DNA from: the human T2T-CHM13v2.0 reference genome, Homo sapiens
Length of the DNA stretch: 64,000 nucleotides
Assembly (NCBI RefSeq): GCF_009914755.1
Contig: NC_060933.1
Direction: 5' to 3' (one strand)
Made by a program: the position numbers and the translations under genes. Below are positions 1-17,767 of this stretch, one piece after another. The notes beneath the pieces are model-generated. The model saw only the letters and a program-made list of their open reading frames with translations. It ran no database searches and had not been told where the DNA came from. Numbering within the stretch: the stretch's first letter is position 1; the number at the start of each line of letters is the position of its first letter.

Positions 1-320
1 GGGTATTCAACAAATATTTGTTGGATAAATGAATGATTATTTTTGTTACTGTGATAAAATTCTAACTTAAGAAACTTATACCCTGTATTGGATAGTCAAG
101 ATTCTGATTCTGAGAGTGATCAAAGCAGAGAAGTAGCACATATCATAGAGTTTTTCTTAATGGGGTTTCCTTCTTTCTAAATATACTGCACATCCTATGA
201 GTCCCACAGTCAGGCTTACCTCAGCTAAGAGGATTGAGATATCACACAACAACCTTTGCAGGAGAAGAAAAGGTTACAAAACAGAGCAAATCTGGGTTTC
301 AGAACAAAGGGAGTGCATGT

Positions 321-565
321 AGAATAGTGGCTAATAGCATGGATTGTGGAGTCAGCCCAACTGGGCTTTAACCCTGGGTCTTCTACTTGTTAGCCGGATA
401 AACTTAGATCACCTACCTTGTCTAATTCTCAATTTCAACAAATACAAAATAAGAAAAATTATGTCTCTCTCATAGCAAACCATTGGGATTAAATGACCTA
501 ATGTATTAAAGCCTCTTCACAGTACCCAACACCAAAGTGTTCAAAAATGGTAGCAGTTAGTATTA
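321..565 (+). mobile_element. MIR SINE (diverged)
   Basis: Resembles the MIR consensus (tagtggctaatagcatggattgtggagtcag...aaatgacctaatgtattaaagc); boundaries approximate. Confidence 0.65.
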
Positions 566-1158
566 TTAAATGGAAGTTATTATACATTCTCAGATATTAT
601 ATAATGGCAATGCAGCAATTTAAAATTTTAATGGCATTTACACATTGCATTATGGCTATAATGTATTAAGGAGTGCCTTTTCGCTATAAGAACAAATAGT
701 CTCAGATGATGTACTTTCTATTTTGATTTCCAGTTTCCATTGATAATTATTATAGACTTGGACAAATTTCAGGTATTGTTGCCTAAGCCTTTTGTTTTTA
801 AAAATGTTCCTATCTTTAAGGCTTTCTATATAATTGTAGATAATACATAAATGTGATTATATACCTGCTTTCATAATGAATTTTTAAAAATCTCATCTCC
901 TTTCTCCCCACTTCAACCTCCTTACATCCCATTTCCATTGTAATTCATGTTAATAGCCTAGTATGTATCCTTACATTTTTACTCTTGATTTATGTAATTC
1001 CATGCAGAACTATTCATACATATACTTACATATATTGCAAATGCAGGGTTTTAAAAATCATTAATTTTAAAAATGGGGCCATATTATAAAGCAGGTTACT
1101 TTTCTCACCCAACATTACCTGGGAGAAATACATCCAAATCATTTGGGTATAAAGTTGA

Positions 1159-1491
<333 letters not shown>

Positions 1492-2600
1492 TTGAATTCA
1501 TATTTTTGATGGCAGCACAATATTGCATGATTAGAGGTAGCATTATCTATTGAGCAATCCTTCATCTGTTGATTTTGTTTCCATTTTTTGGCAATGCAGA
1601 CGCTGCTACAATAAATATCCTTGTATGTCTTTACTGATCTGTTTATTTCTTTGGGATAGATTCACAGGAGTAGGATTGCTAGACTGGAGGACATGTGCAT
1701 TTTACATTTTAATAGATATTGATGAATCTTTTCCATTAACAGCAGGGAATATAACAGCAAGTGACATTTTAGGTCACTTTTATAGAAAATGTCACTTGTG
1801 TACAACAGTTATGTAGCAATAAATGTAACATCTTTTAAAAAAGAGAAAACAATTTCTGGTAAGGAAGTTCTAAACAAAGAAGCATTCCATCGGGATATGC
1901 CCTCCTTTAAAATTACTGTTATTAGAAAGTGGAATTCGGTAGGGGATTGGAGCAGGGGCAGGAAGCTCGAAGAAGAAAGAATACGGAAATACAAATCTTT
2001 CCAAGTTCACTTTCATCAATAGTGACTTTCTATAATAGTGCTGTCCTAAAACAGGATGTCTGATCATCTTAGGAATACACAGTTGTTTTGCTGCGACACA
2101 CTTTTCCTTCCAAGCTCATTAGCTGCTTTTTCTTTTTGGCAAAATGTTTTGTGGTGTGCAGCATGCTGATAAATACTACTCAAACATTTTTCACTACTTT
2201 TCTGTGGTAGGGAGTGGAGGAAGGGGAGAGAGTTCCAAGAACAAGGGCTTTTTGTGATATACCGATGATGCTATCAAGTCCTTAAACAAGTGCGTAAGAA
2301 GTCTTAGCAGAGTTAATTGCTCAATTCACTGCTATTGAACAGTACATCTTTATAGGGAGCAGGATAAAATACCATGATTTACAAGTTGGAATGAAAAAAA
2401 CACTTCATGAAACATATTTATCGGGCCGTTCCTGTTAATAAGAACACTAATAGAGGCTAGTTAGCTTTTTTAAATTTCTTCATTAGTAATTTCCATTAAG
2501 AAATGTTAGTCCTGTACATAGTAGATATAAAATAAGTAAAAATATTAACATACTTAATCTGCACATTTACTTTAAAAATGTGATACAGAAGTAAAAATTG

Positions 2601-2970
<370 letters not shown>

Positions 2971-4014
2971 TTAAAACTGTGAAACCTCTAGCCTGCAGAT
3001 CAACAGGAAAAAATCTGATTAGTCCATGGCCAAATGAACCAATTTAAAAGACACCATGAAAATGAAATTTGAAACAAAGTACCTATGAAATTTCAAATTA
3101 TTTAAAGAACAAAACTATCCCATATGTTTCATTAAACATGAAAATACATTTTTAAACATAAATCTAAGTGTTATTAGCTTTCTTTCTCAACACATCGAGA
3201 AACTTAGGCAATGAGAATATTATCTGAGTTTCTTATCAGTTGTATTTTCTTATTTCTTGAATCACAACTATCCTTAAGATGAGAGCATCCTGGAAAATAT
3301 TTATTTTTCTAAGACATTTGTCATCTTTTTAAAGGACTGCAGAAACTCAATTTTATTTTTTTAAAAAAACACTAACTCAAATTAAGTGGGCAATGTGTTC
3401 ATGAAAAGGAAGAGAGATTCTGCCCCAATTCCTGGGGAAAGTCAGGGGCAGGACACAGAATATTCTTTTACAGTAACATTGGGATTGTCTTTTCTCATCA
3501 GCTCTAGGTTTAGACAAGCAGTGGGCCTGGTCTTTATGAGGTTTCCACTGAAATGAAGACAAGTGGGTGAAGGTAGAGACCAGGCATATCTTCCAGCGTG
3601 GGAGTGACTAAGAAGTGCCATATGTCTTCTTTTCAGCCTAAACCTTCAAAGAAGCAAATGATTACAGGGTAATTTAAACTATCAAGCTAAGAAAATGCAC
3701 ACACACATAATACCTAACTGTCAAAGGGCCGATTCACAACTTGGTCACTTAACTGAAGGAGAAAAGGAATGTTTGGAATTAGAATAAACAGACGCATATA
3801 CAAACAGTTTATTATTTCTGCCAGAACTCTAAGTGGTTTCCCCATAATTTGGAGAATCTTCTGAGAAGGGTGCTCTGGAAATCCAAAGCTTATCTAGCAG
3901 AAACTCAAATTCAACACAAACCAAATAGATTCATCTTCCTCCGTAACCTACTCCTCTGCTTTTGACTTCTGTTTCTGCGTGACAGAGCCTGGTATCTGCG
4001 TTCTATTTATATTA

Positions 4015-4409
<395 letters not shown>

Positions 4410-4956
4410 CTATGTAATATAAGTTCTCCAGACTTCATTCCTCATTTGTAAATGAGGAATCAAACCTTGTAGGTAGAAAGAATAAAGAACATGGAAACCA
4501 GAAATATCTGTTCACACCCAAGTCTGCCATTTACCATGTGTATTGCCCTGGGAAATGTTAAGGGTCTCCTAGTTCTTACATTCTTTGACTTAATTATTTA
4601 TCTGATGATGTTTCCATATTTGTTATTATATTGAAGAAAGTTAAATATTAACAAGACCCATAACATTAGTAGACATTGATTGCAGAGCCTCTACATATTG
4701 TGGGGAAACAAAGTTAGAGTTGAAAGGCTCCTAGGAAAGTGTTTTAATCCACTTCACTCTACACAGCCATGTTCTTGCCCACTCATGACTTTGCCTGTAG
4801 CTGCCTCCACCTCAACTTTCTCCCTCCCATCCATTTATTTATAGTCTATCCATACTTCAAAGCCCAACTCAAATATTTTCCCCTCACTGAAACCTCTTAT
4901 GAAAATTTCAGTGAACATTGAACAATAACTGAACTTTCTAAATAAGTAATATTTAA

Positions 4957-5288
<332 letters not shown>

Positions 5289-5889
5289 TTATGATATACT
5301 TTTTGTTTCATATGCATGACTTGTGTTTAAATTACTCATTGTTTTATTCATTTCCAGTAAACACTCACTGAAAATCTACCACATATTCTGTGATCTTGGA
5401 CATTATTTATGTAATTTTTTTTGGTAAAATGGGAATAGAAATTGCTATCTTTCAAAGGTGAAGAAGATTGAATGAGATAACATATGTGCAAGTGCCTGGC
5501 CTGTGTTGTGGCATAAATGTCTTTCTTTCTCTTTTATAAACAGGTGATTTCTGAAAATCATAAAAAAGAAATGGACTGCTTAACTTGTTCTCAAGATTAG
5601 GGATACTCTATCTAGAAAGCAAGTTTTTCTTGTGCTGTTTTGTAACTAGCACTGTCATTTTTTGAGTATTACAGTATCTACTTGGAGATGTTACATGAAA
5701 AAGTTTGCTAACTTCACTAATATTAATAGAATTTCGTGGTTAAATGTTTGGAATGCTGGGATTTAAAACAAGTAAGGCATTTCCTTTTTTCTCCCCACCC
5801 CGTTCAGTGAGGTTGTTTCACGCACTTGTAATGCAGTTAGATTGTTTTGTCACATTCTGTATTCCATCCTGAGATCCTCTAGCTTTTAA

Positions 5890-7670
5890 ATAATTTTTAA
5901 ATTTTGCATTAAGATTTACTTTTTTTTAAATTGACAAATGCATAGTGTCTTAATGTCGTGTATCTATCATTACAGTATCATATAGAATAGTATCACTGCC
6001 CTAAAAATCTGCTGTGGTCTGCTTATTTAGCACTCTCCTCAGACCCCTGGCAACCGCTGGTCTTTTTTACTGTTGCTATCGTTTTGCCTTTTCCAGAATG
6101 TCATATAATTGGAGGATACAGGATGTGACCTTTTCAGTCTGACTTTTTGCATTTAGCAATATGCAGTTAAAATTAATCCCTATCTATGCATAGCTTGATA
6201 GCTCATCCTTTTTGTCACCGAATAGTATCCTATTGTGTGAATGTATTTGAGTATTTTAAGAATAGCATCCTGTTCTTATTTCATGCATGCAACATGTCAT
6301 ATATTTCTGATATTAATATTAGTCCCTTAAACATTTTGTCATTTCCTTCTCCTTAGTAGTGTCTTCTTCCTCCAGGTTGCTTTTCTTCTGGCTATTTTTG
6401 TGAGCCTCTGCTTTAGACGCTTCCCTAAAAAAATCTGGTTGTCTTGGCTGTCCATTTAAGAGTGGGGCACCAAAACGCTGACTGAGCATGAGTTCAGTTT
6501 GTTGACTGCGAGCACCACAGTAGCAAAACTAGAGGAATGACTTTGTTGGACACATGTTAACATCTTCAGCTTTATTCACTTGGGCTAGTCAGGTTCCCCA
6601 GAGATCCACTGATCTCTCTAGAGGATAAACTTTTGACAGCTTTCGGAGAGCCAACAGAGGGACAAAGGCCCAAGATTTAAATCAGCCCAATCTTATTGCC
6701 CATGCAGTGTGGACCAGTGAACCTCTCTTTTACTCCCTCCAAAGAAAAGACCCCCACTCTTCTTGAACAACTTGATTGAAATATCCTTCACATAGCACAC
6801 AATTTACCCATTTAAAGTATAAAATTCAGCTGGGCATGGTGGTGCACACCTGAAATCCCAGCTACTTGGGAGTCTGAGGCAAGAGGATCACCTGAACCCA
6901 GGAGTTCAACCACAGCCTGGTCAGCAATACAAGACCCCATCTAAAAAAAGTGTATATAATTTAATGGTTTTTGTATATTTAGTCAGAGTTGTGCAACCAT
7001 CATGTCAATTTTGGAACATTTTCATCATCCCAAGAAGAAACCACATGCCCTTTAGAAGTCATCCTTCCCAACCAGTGCCCCCATCCTTCACTGACTCCCC
7101 ACCTCCACCCCACCCCAGACCTAGGCAACCACTAATCTCCTCTCTGTTTCTATGGATTTTCCTAGTCTGGACAGTTCATAGAAATGGAATCATACACTAT
7201 GCAGTCTTTTCTGACTGGATTCTTTCTCTTAGCCTCTGTTTCCATGTGTGTAGTAGTATGAATCTGTCCTTCATTTTTTTATTGCCAAAAAATATTCCAT
7301 TGTATGGATATACCATATTTTATATATTCATTCATCATTTGATGGCTTGAAGTTATATCTACTTTTTGTCTGCTATGAATAATGCTGCTATGAATAATGC
7401 TGCTATGAACAATCATAGACTGAATAAATTTTTGTGCGGACATATTTTCATTTCTCTTGGGTATATACCTAGGAGTAGAATTGCTCAATCATATGCTAAC
7501 ACTGTGCTTAATCATTTGAGGAACTATTGGTCTCCAAAGTGGCTGCACCATTTCCATTCCCACCAGCAGCATATGAGGTCTCCATTGCTCCACATCCTAT
7601 ATAAGATTTGTTACTATCTTTTTCATTATAGCCACCCACTCTGGTATAAATGAATTGGTATCACATTTTG
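5890..7670 (-). mobile_element. Old L1M 3'-end fragments
   Basis: Typical antisense L1M 3' UTR text (ggcaaccactaatct, aatggaatcatac, gggtatatacctaggagtagaattgct); interrupted by a FLAM. Confidence 0.7.
6827..6949 (+). mobile_element. FLAM/free Alu monomer
   Basis: Single ~120 bp Alu arm with short A tail. Confidence 0.8.
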
Positions 7671-7699
7671 CCTGTTTTTTTAAAAACACACTTTATTTT

Positions 7700-8320
<621 letters not shown>

Positions 8321-9051
8321 TTAAACATACTTTCAACTACTCCTCTTAATTTTAATTTTACCTGATCCCCAATTCCAAACGTACAAGTAGACACTAATTC
8401 ATGCTCTTTTAGAGGTTCTGCAGTGCAGATTGCTTTCCCCCCACCAATTAGTTAGTACCATTTCTGTGTCTAGTTAACTCTGGTCGAACGATTTCTAGCT
8501 TCCAAAATATTGTGGTTTCTGTCTTCTGTTTTGTTTTCGTCTTGTTGGTCTTATGTCCTTAAAAATTTCATGGACTTCATTTTAATGAATTTTGAGAGAG
8601 AGACGTAGCTAGTGCATATGAGTAATTCATTCTCTCTAAACTAGAAGTTTATTTTCATTTCTATCTGCACTGTGAAGTTAAGTTTTTTTATTCGAATTTT
8701 TTTTTAAGGAGAATAAGGTTTAACAAATGTTTCCTGTTTCTGAAAGGGGTAATCAAGCCATAAGTCACACTTGAGTGAAATGTTACTTTTGGAGAGAAAT
8801 GAACACAGAAGCATACTTGCATTATTTATAATGGCTTGTCTCTCTTGTGATCACTTAAAGTTATATGAACATATCTTGTATTGTTTTCATCTTTTAAATT
8901 AATCACTGGGACATTATTACAAGCTTTATACAAGTGATGGCTATTAACTTCATTTTTAAAGCTTTAACAATAATAATACATAGTAATATTTATTTTTTAC
9001 ATACTCTATCCCGGGCACTGTACTAAACATTGTACATATACTATCTCATAT

Positions 9052-10480
9052 TGAGAGGTGACAGCGTGCTGGCAGTCCTCGCAGCCCTCGCTCACTCTCA
9101 GCGCCTCCTCTGCCTGGGCTCCCACTTTGGCGGCACTTGAGGAGCCCTTCAGCCCGCCACTGCACTGTGGGAGCCCCCTCCTGGGCTGGCCAAGGCCGCA
9201 GCCGGCTCCCTCAGCTTGCGAGGAGGTGTGGAGGGAGAGGCGCGGGCGGGAACGGGGGCTGCGCACGGTGCTTGCGGGCCAGCACGAGTTCCGGGTGGGC
9301 GTGGGCTCTGCGGACCCTGCACTCAGAGAGGCCGGCAGGCCCCACCGGCCCGGGCAGTGAGGGGCTTAGCACCTGGGCCAGCAGCTGCTGTGCTCAATTT
9401 CTCGCCTGGCCTTAGCTGCCTTCACGCAGGGCATGGCTCGGGATCTGTAGCCGGCCATGCCTGCACCTCCCCAACCGTCCGTGGGCTCCTGTGCAGCCCC
9501 AGCCTCCCCGAGGAGCGCAGCCCCCTGCTCCACGGCGCCCAGTCCCATCGACCACCCAAGGGCTGAGGAGTGTGGGCGCACGGCGCTGGACTGGCAGGCA
9601 GCTCCACCTGCAGCCCCGATGGGGGACCCACTGGGCGAAGCCAGCTGGGCACCTGAGTCTGGTGGGGACTGGAGAACCTTTATGTCTAGCTAAGGGATTG
9701 TAATTACACCAATCGGCACTCTGTATCTAGCTCAAGGTTTGCAAACACACCAATCTGCACCCTGTGTCTAGCTCAGGGTTTGTGAATGCACCAATGGACA
9801 CTCTATCTAGCTACTCTGGTGGGGCCTTGGGGAACCTTTATGTCTAGCTCAGGGATTGTAAATACACCAATCGGCACTCTGTATCTAGCTCAAGGTTTGT
9901 AAACACACCAATCAGCACCCTGTGTCTAGCTCAGGGTTTGTGAATGCACCAATCGACACTCTGTATCTAGCTACTCCAGTGGGGACTTGGAGAACCTTTG
10001 TGTCCACAGTCTGTATCTAGCTAATCTGGTGGGGAGGTGGAGAACCTTTGTGTCTAGCTCAGGGATTGTAAACGCACCAATCAGCGCCCTGTCAAAACAG
10101 ACCAATCAGCAGGATGTGGGTGGGGCCAGATAAGAGAATAAAAGCAGGCTGCCCGAGCCAGCAGTGGCAACCCGCTTCGGTCCCCTTCCACACTGTGGAA
10201 GCTTCCTTCTTTCTCTCTTTGCAATAAGTCTTGCTGCTGCTCACTCTTTGGGTCCACACTTCCTTTATGAGCTGTAACACTCACCGCGAAGGTCTGCAGC
10301 TTCACTCCTGAGCCAGCGAGACCACAAACCCACCAGAAGGAAGAAACTCCGAACACATCTGAACATCAGAAGGAACAAACTCCGGACGCGCGGCCTTTAA
10401 GAACTGTAACACTCACGGCGAGGGTCTGCAGCTTCATTCTTGAAGTCAGTGAGACCAAGAACCCACCAATTCCGGACACG
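9052..10480 (+). mobile_element. Solo ERV9 LTR (LTR12C-like), 1429 bp
   Basis: Starts tgagaggtgacagcgtgctggcag, ends ccaattccggacacg; 4-bp TSD ATAT at 9048-9051 and 10481-10484; CpG-rich 5' part; tandem CCAAT/TATCT U3 repeats; inserted into an antisense MIR. Confidence 0.95.
9700..10170 (+). promoter_or_regulatory. LTR12 U3 enhancer/promoter: NF-Y (CCAAT) repeats, GATA site and AATAAAA TATA-like box
   Basis: Eight CCAAT motifs between ~9709 and ~10106, then ggggccagataagagaataaaagcaggct; ERV9 LTR promoter architecture is established knowledge; activity at this locus is not shown. Confidence 0.7.
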
Positions 10481-12620
10481 ATATGTGAGGTAAGTACTTT
10501 AAAAATGCTATTAGAGGTGAGGAAGCTAAGGCTTAAATCTCTGGTGTAACATGCTAGGAATGAAATGGTGAACTTAGGCATTTGTATTTGCTTTTCTGAT
10601 TCCAAGGCCTGGTGTCCTAACAATATTCTGTACTATACTTGGAGAGACCCTAGTTTGATTGATTTATAGACAGGCCAGGTTGGCTAAACCTGCCATAGCA
10701 TGAATTGTTTGTCTATGTGTTTATATATTGTGCATGGGTGTGTAGGTGGTATTAATATGTATCTATATTTTAAACACTTATAAGTAATTAAATAAGTTTT
10801 TCCTGCTTGCAGATTGTCTGTCCTTATTGAAGCTAGAGTAAGCCAGGTTGAAGGACAGAAGATTATCAATAATTAACACCATTAACTTTATGAGAACTGG
10901 GATGCCAGTTTTAGAGGCCAACTCCAATATGGACTTTCCAGTGTAAAAAAAAGTAAAGCACAGATTCCATGCCTCTAACTTAGAGTATTTTGCCAAATGC
11001 AAGAGAAAAAAAATAGCTCCTTACTTTAAAAGAAAGTTTCTATTTTAAGTGGTCTTTGTGAAATTCCTCATTACAATTGTTTTTTGTTTGTTTGTTTCTG
11101 TATCTGAGAAGGGCTGATTGCAATCTCAGAGAGCGGGTGTGGGTGAAAAGATGGTACACACAATCTAACATTCTTTCCAGGTTAATTTTGTTCTCCGTCT
11201 CTTACCCACTTCACTGAAGTGATTAACCGAAAGAGCTTTCAAGTCAAAGGAGAACCTATTACAAAGTCCCTTGGAGGTTTAGGGGGATGAGTTCATGGGC
11301 TGTGGGCTTGGAATGTTCCAGGAACAGTGAGAAGGCTATGATGTGTAGAGTGCAGAGGGCACAGGGAGGGCAACTGCAGACAAAGCTGGAGAGTCTGGCA
11401 GGATGGCTTCTGTATGGGACTGCAGCCATGCCAGGAGTCACAATACAGAGCTGATGAGGAGGCCTTGAGTCACAAAGGGTGGGGGACTTCCATGTGGTCT
11501 GGAATTCAGCGTCTATTAGTTTATCCCCAGGGAATCAAAAGGGAATGATTTGGACCTGAGTTTCTAGCAGTTTTGTGAGTGGTGTTTAGAAGGTCAGAGG
11601 AGTGTTGTTTTGTTATTTTACAGGGACATGCCTGTATTCCTGACTGGTCTGGTAGGATATCTTGAATGTCATTTATGAACACGTGCACAGGGATACTGTA
11701 AATCTTATATGCAAAACACAGCCTCTATTCAGAGAGCTTTTCCTGGACGTATAAACCATCAGTGCTAACAGCACTGAATTGAACAAGTCCTGCTTAAGTA
11801 GGAACTAGTTGAGCTGCCTTTATTTGGTTTTCCAAGGTATCAAAATAAAGTTCTTCAAACAGGAATGGCTACTAAATAGCATTTAAAGGCTCCGTATTTT
11901 ATGTTTCAAATCGACAAACATTTATAAAAGTAGCTGCTGGAGATGCAGAGATAAATATGACAGGATTCCTGCCCTTGGAGAGTCCACAGTTTAACAATGA
12001 GAGAGAGAGGTGGGCAAACAGTTATTCTACAATAAAGCATGGTAGCTTTTCCAGTAGGAGTATGATTCCACTCTTTCTATGGGGGCCACAGGTTGTTGAT
12101 GCTTTTTAACCTGTGAAATGTGTGAGTTGTAGTCGATGATGATAATACTAATAGCTGTCATTATCAGGAATTATGCTAGATGTTTTCTCAAATTATACAA
12201 AACAGCAACCTTGAACTTGTCTTAGTCTCCTCCCTCTGTGCCACGTCTAACAGTCATTAAAGTTAATATTTTCATTGCTTTAACATTTGTAACTCTCTCC
12301 ATCTCTGATGCTGCTATAGCCTTATTTCAGACTTTCATGATCTTTAAATGCCACATTGCAATACTCATCTATCGTGTGTTTTCCTGGCTGTAATCTCTAC
12401 CAATTTAACATGTTATTGCTCTCAGAGTAATCTTCCCAGAGTAGAAATTTGATCGTGACACTCCTTGATTTAAAACCTTTTATTTCTCATTGTTATAGAC
12501 CTTGGTAGGGAATACCAAGTCTGGACCCAGTTTGTATAAAGCACCTTGTCTCTGGCCACACCCTTTCTCACTCTTATATAATTCATCCTTGCTCAGTCGC
12601 TTACATTTCCCCTTACATGG

Positions 12621-15345
<2,725 letters not shown>

Positions 15346-15952
15346 GGTTGCTATAACTTATTATATCATACTTTCATGTTTGGATCAGATTACTGGTGCA
15401 TTTATCAGAAATGCCCATCCCACCTCCTTGCCCGCTGCCATGATTCACCTGGGAAGCACCTCAGCTTTCAATATCTAGCTCAAGAGTCCCTTCTTGTATG
15501 TGGCCTTTCGAAGGTGAATAGAAATGTAACTGTGAATAAATAATGTCTGCTAATATCAAAGTAGACTTCAGAATAAGGAATATTACCAGAGATAAATATG
15601 GATGTTAAATAAAGATAAATAGTTCAATTGACCAAGATACATAACAAATGTGAAATCCTAGATATGAATAAACCTAACAAATGACCTTCAAAATACGTGA
15701 AGATTGACAGAATTGAAAGGATAACTATAAATTCATAATCATAGGCAGAACGTTTAATACTCTGCTTTCAGAACTGATGGAAAAAGAGTAGAAAGGAAGT
15801 CAGTAGAGATATGTAGAAGACTTGACATGTATACCTATGTAACAAATCTGCATGTTCTGCACATGTATCCCAGAACTTAAAGTAAAATTTAAAAAGAGAA
15901 ACAAATAAACAAAAAACAAAACCACTATGAACCAACTGTACCTAATTGAAAC

Positions 15953-16245
15953 TTTTTACTTTTTTAGAGATAGGATCTCATCCTGTTGCCCGGGCTGGAA
16001 TGCAGTGGTGTGATCATAGCTCACTATAACTTCAAACTCCTGGGCTCAAGGAATCCTTCTGCCTCGGCCTCCCAAGTAGCTGGGACTACAGGTGTGTGCC
16101 ACCAAGATGGGCTAATTTTTAAAAACTGTAGAGATAAGGCCTAGCTTTGTTGCCAAGGTTGGTCTTGAACTCTTGGCTTTAAGCAATCCTCCTGCCTTGA
16201 CCTCTCAAACTGCTGGGATTACAGGTACAAGCTGCCTCATCAGCC
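15953..16245 (-). mobile_element. Alu (AluJ)
   Basis: Diverged antisense Alu. Confidence 0.9.
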
Positions 16246-16427
16246 CTGATTGAAAATTTTAAAATAGTCCATCAACAAGAGCAGAATACACATTTTCAAG
16301 TGCACAAGGAACACATACCAAGATAGACCACATTCTGGGCTGTAAAACAAACTTTAACAAATTTAAAAGAACTGAAGTCATACAAAGTATGTTCTCTGAT
16401 CACAAAAAAATTAGACTAGAAATTATT

Positions 16428-16736
16428 GGCCAGGTGCGGTGGCTCACGCCTGTAATCCCAGCCCTTTGGGAGGCCAAGGCGGGTGGATCGTGAGGTCAGG
16501 AGTTTAAGACCAGCCTGGCTAAGATGGTGAAACCCTGTCTCTACTAAAAATACAAAAAACTAGCTGGGTGTGGTGGTGGTCGCCTGTAATCCCGGCTACT
16601 TGGGAAGCTGAGGCAGAGAATTGGTTGAACCTGGGAGGTGGAGGTTGCAGTGAGCCAAGATTGCACCACTGCACTCCAGCCTTGGTGACAGAGCCAGACT
16701 CTGTCTCAAAAAAAAAAGAAAAAAAAAGAAAAAGAA
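16428..16736 (+). mobile_element. Alu (AluS)
   Basis: Alu dimer; TSD agaaattatt. Confidence 0.95.
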
Positions 16737-17127
16737 ATTATTTACCGAAAGGTACCTGAAACATCCACCCAGATTTTGGAAACTAAGTAACACATTTCTA
16801 AATAATTCATGGGTTAAAGGGAAATTAGATTAAATTTTGAACTAAAGAAAAATGGAAGTTCAACATATGAAAATTTGTAGGGTGAAACTACAGCAGTGCT
16901 TAGAGGAAAATTTATATCATTACATAAATATATTTTACAAAAAATAAAGGTCTCAAATTAGTGATACAAGTTTCTATCTTAAAAAATTAGAAAATAAAGA
17001 GCAAATAAGTCCAAAGCAAGCAAAAGAATGCAAGAGAACGAGAACAACCAAAAATAATTTTGAAATTGAACAAAGTTAAAGGACTTCTTATTACCTGATT
17101 TCAATATCTACCATACATGTTGTAACT

Positions 17128-17428
<301 letters not shown>

Positions 17429-17475
17429 TTATAGTAACCAAGACAGTATAGTATTCACAAAAGAATAGACAAATA

Positions 17476-17767
17476 GGCCTGGTGCAGTGGTTCATGCCTT
17501 TAATCCAAGCACTTTGGGAGGCCGAGGCAGCAGAATCACCTTGAGGCCAGGAGTTTGAGACCAGTGTGGACAATATAAAGAGATCCTGTCTTTACAAAAA
17601 TTAGCTGGGCATAGTGTTGCATGCCTGCAGCCCAGTTACTTGGGAGGCTGAGGTGGGAGGATCACTTGAGCCCAGGAATTTGAAGCTGCAGTGAGCCACG
17701 ATCACACCACTATACTCCAGCCTGGGTGACAGAGTAAGACCTTGTCTCTCAGAAAAAGAAAAAAAAG
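17476..17767 (+). mobile_element. Alu (AluJ)
   Basis: Diverged Alu dimer. Confidence 0.9.

Noticed and set aside
7370-7412. 15-bp tandem duplication (tgctgctatgaataa)
   Set aside because: Local slippage inside an old L1 fragment; no sign of function
9006-9703. Cluster of overlapping ORFs on both strands
   Set aside because: Result of the GC-rich, stop-poor LTR12C 5' region
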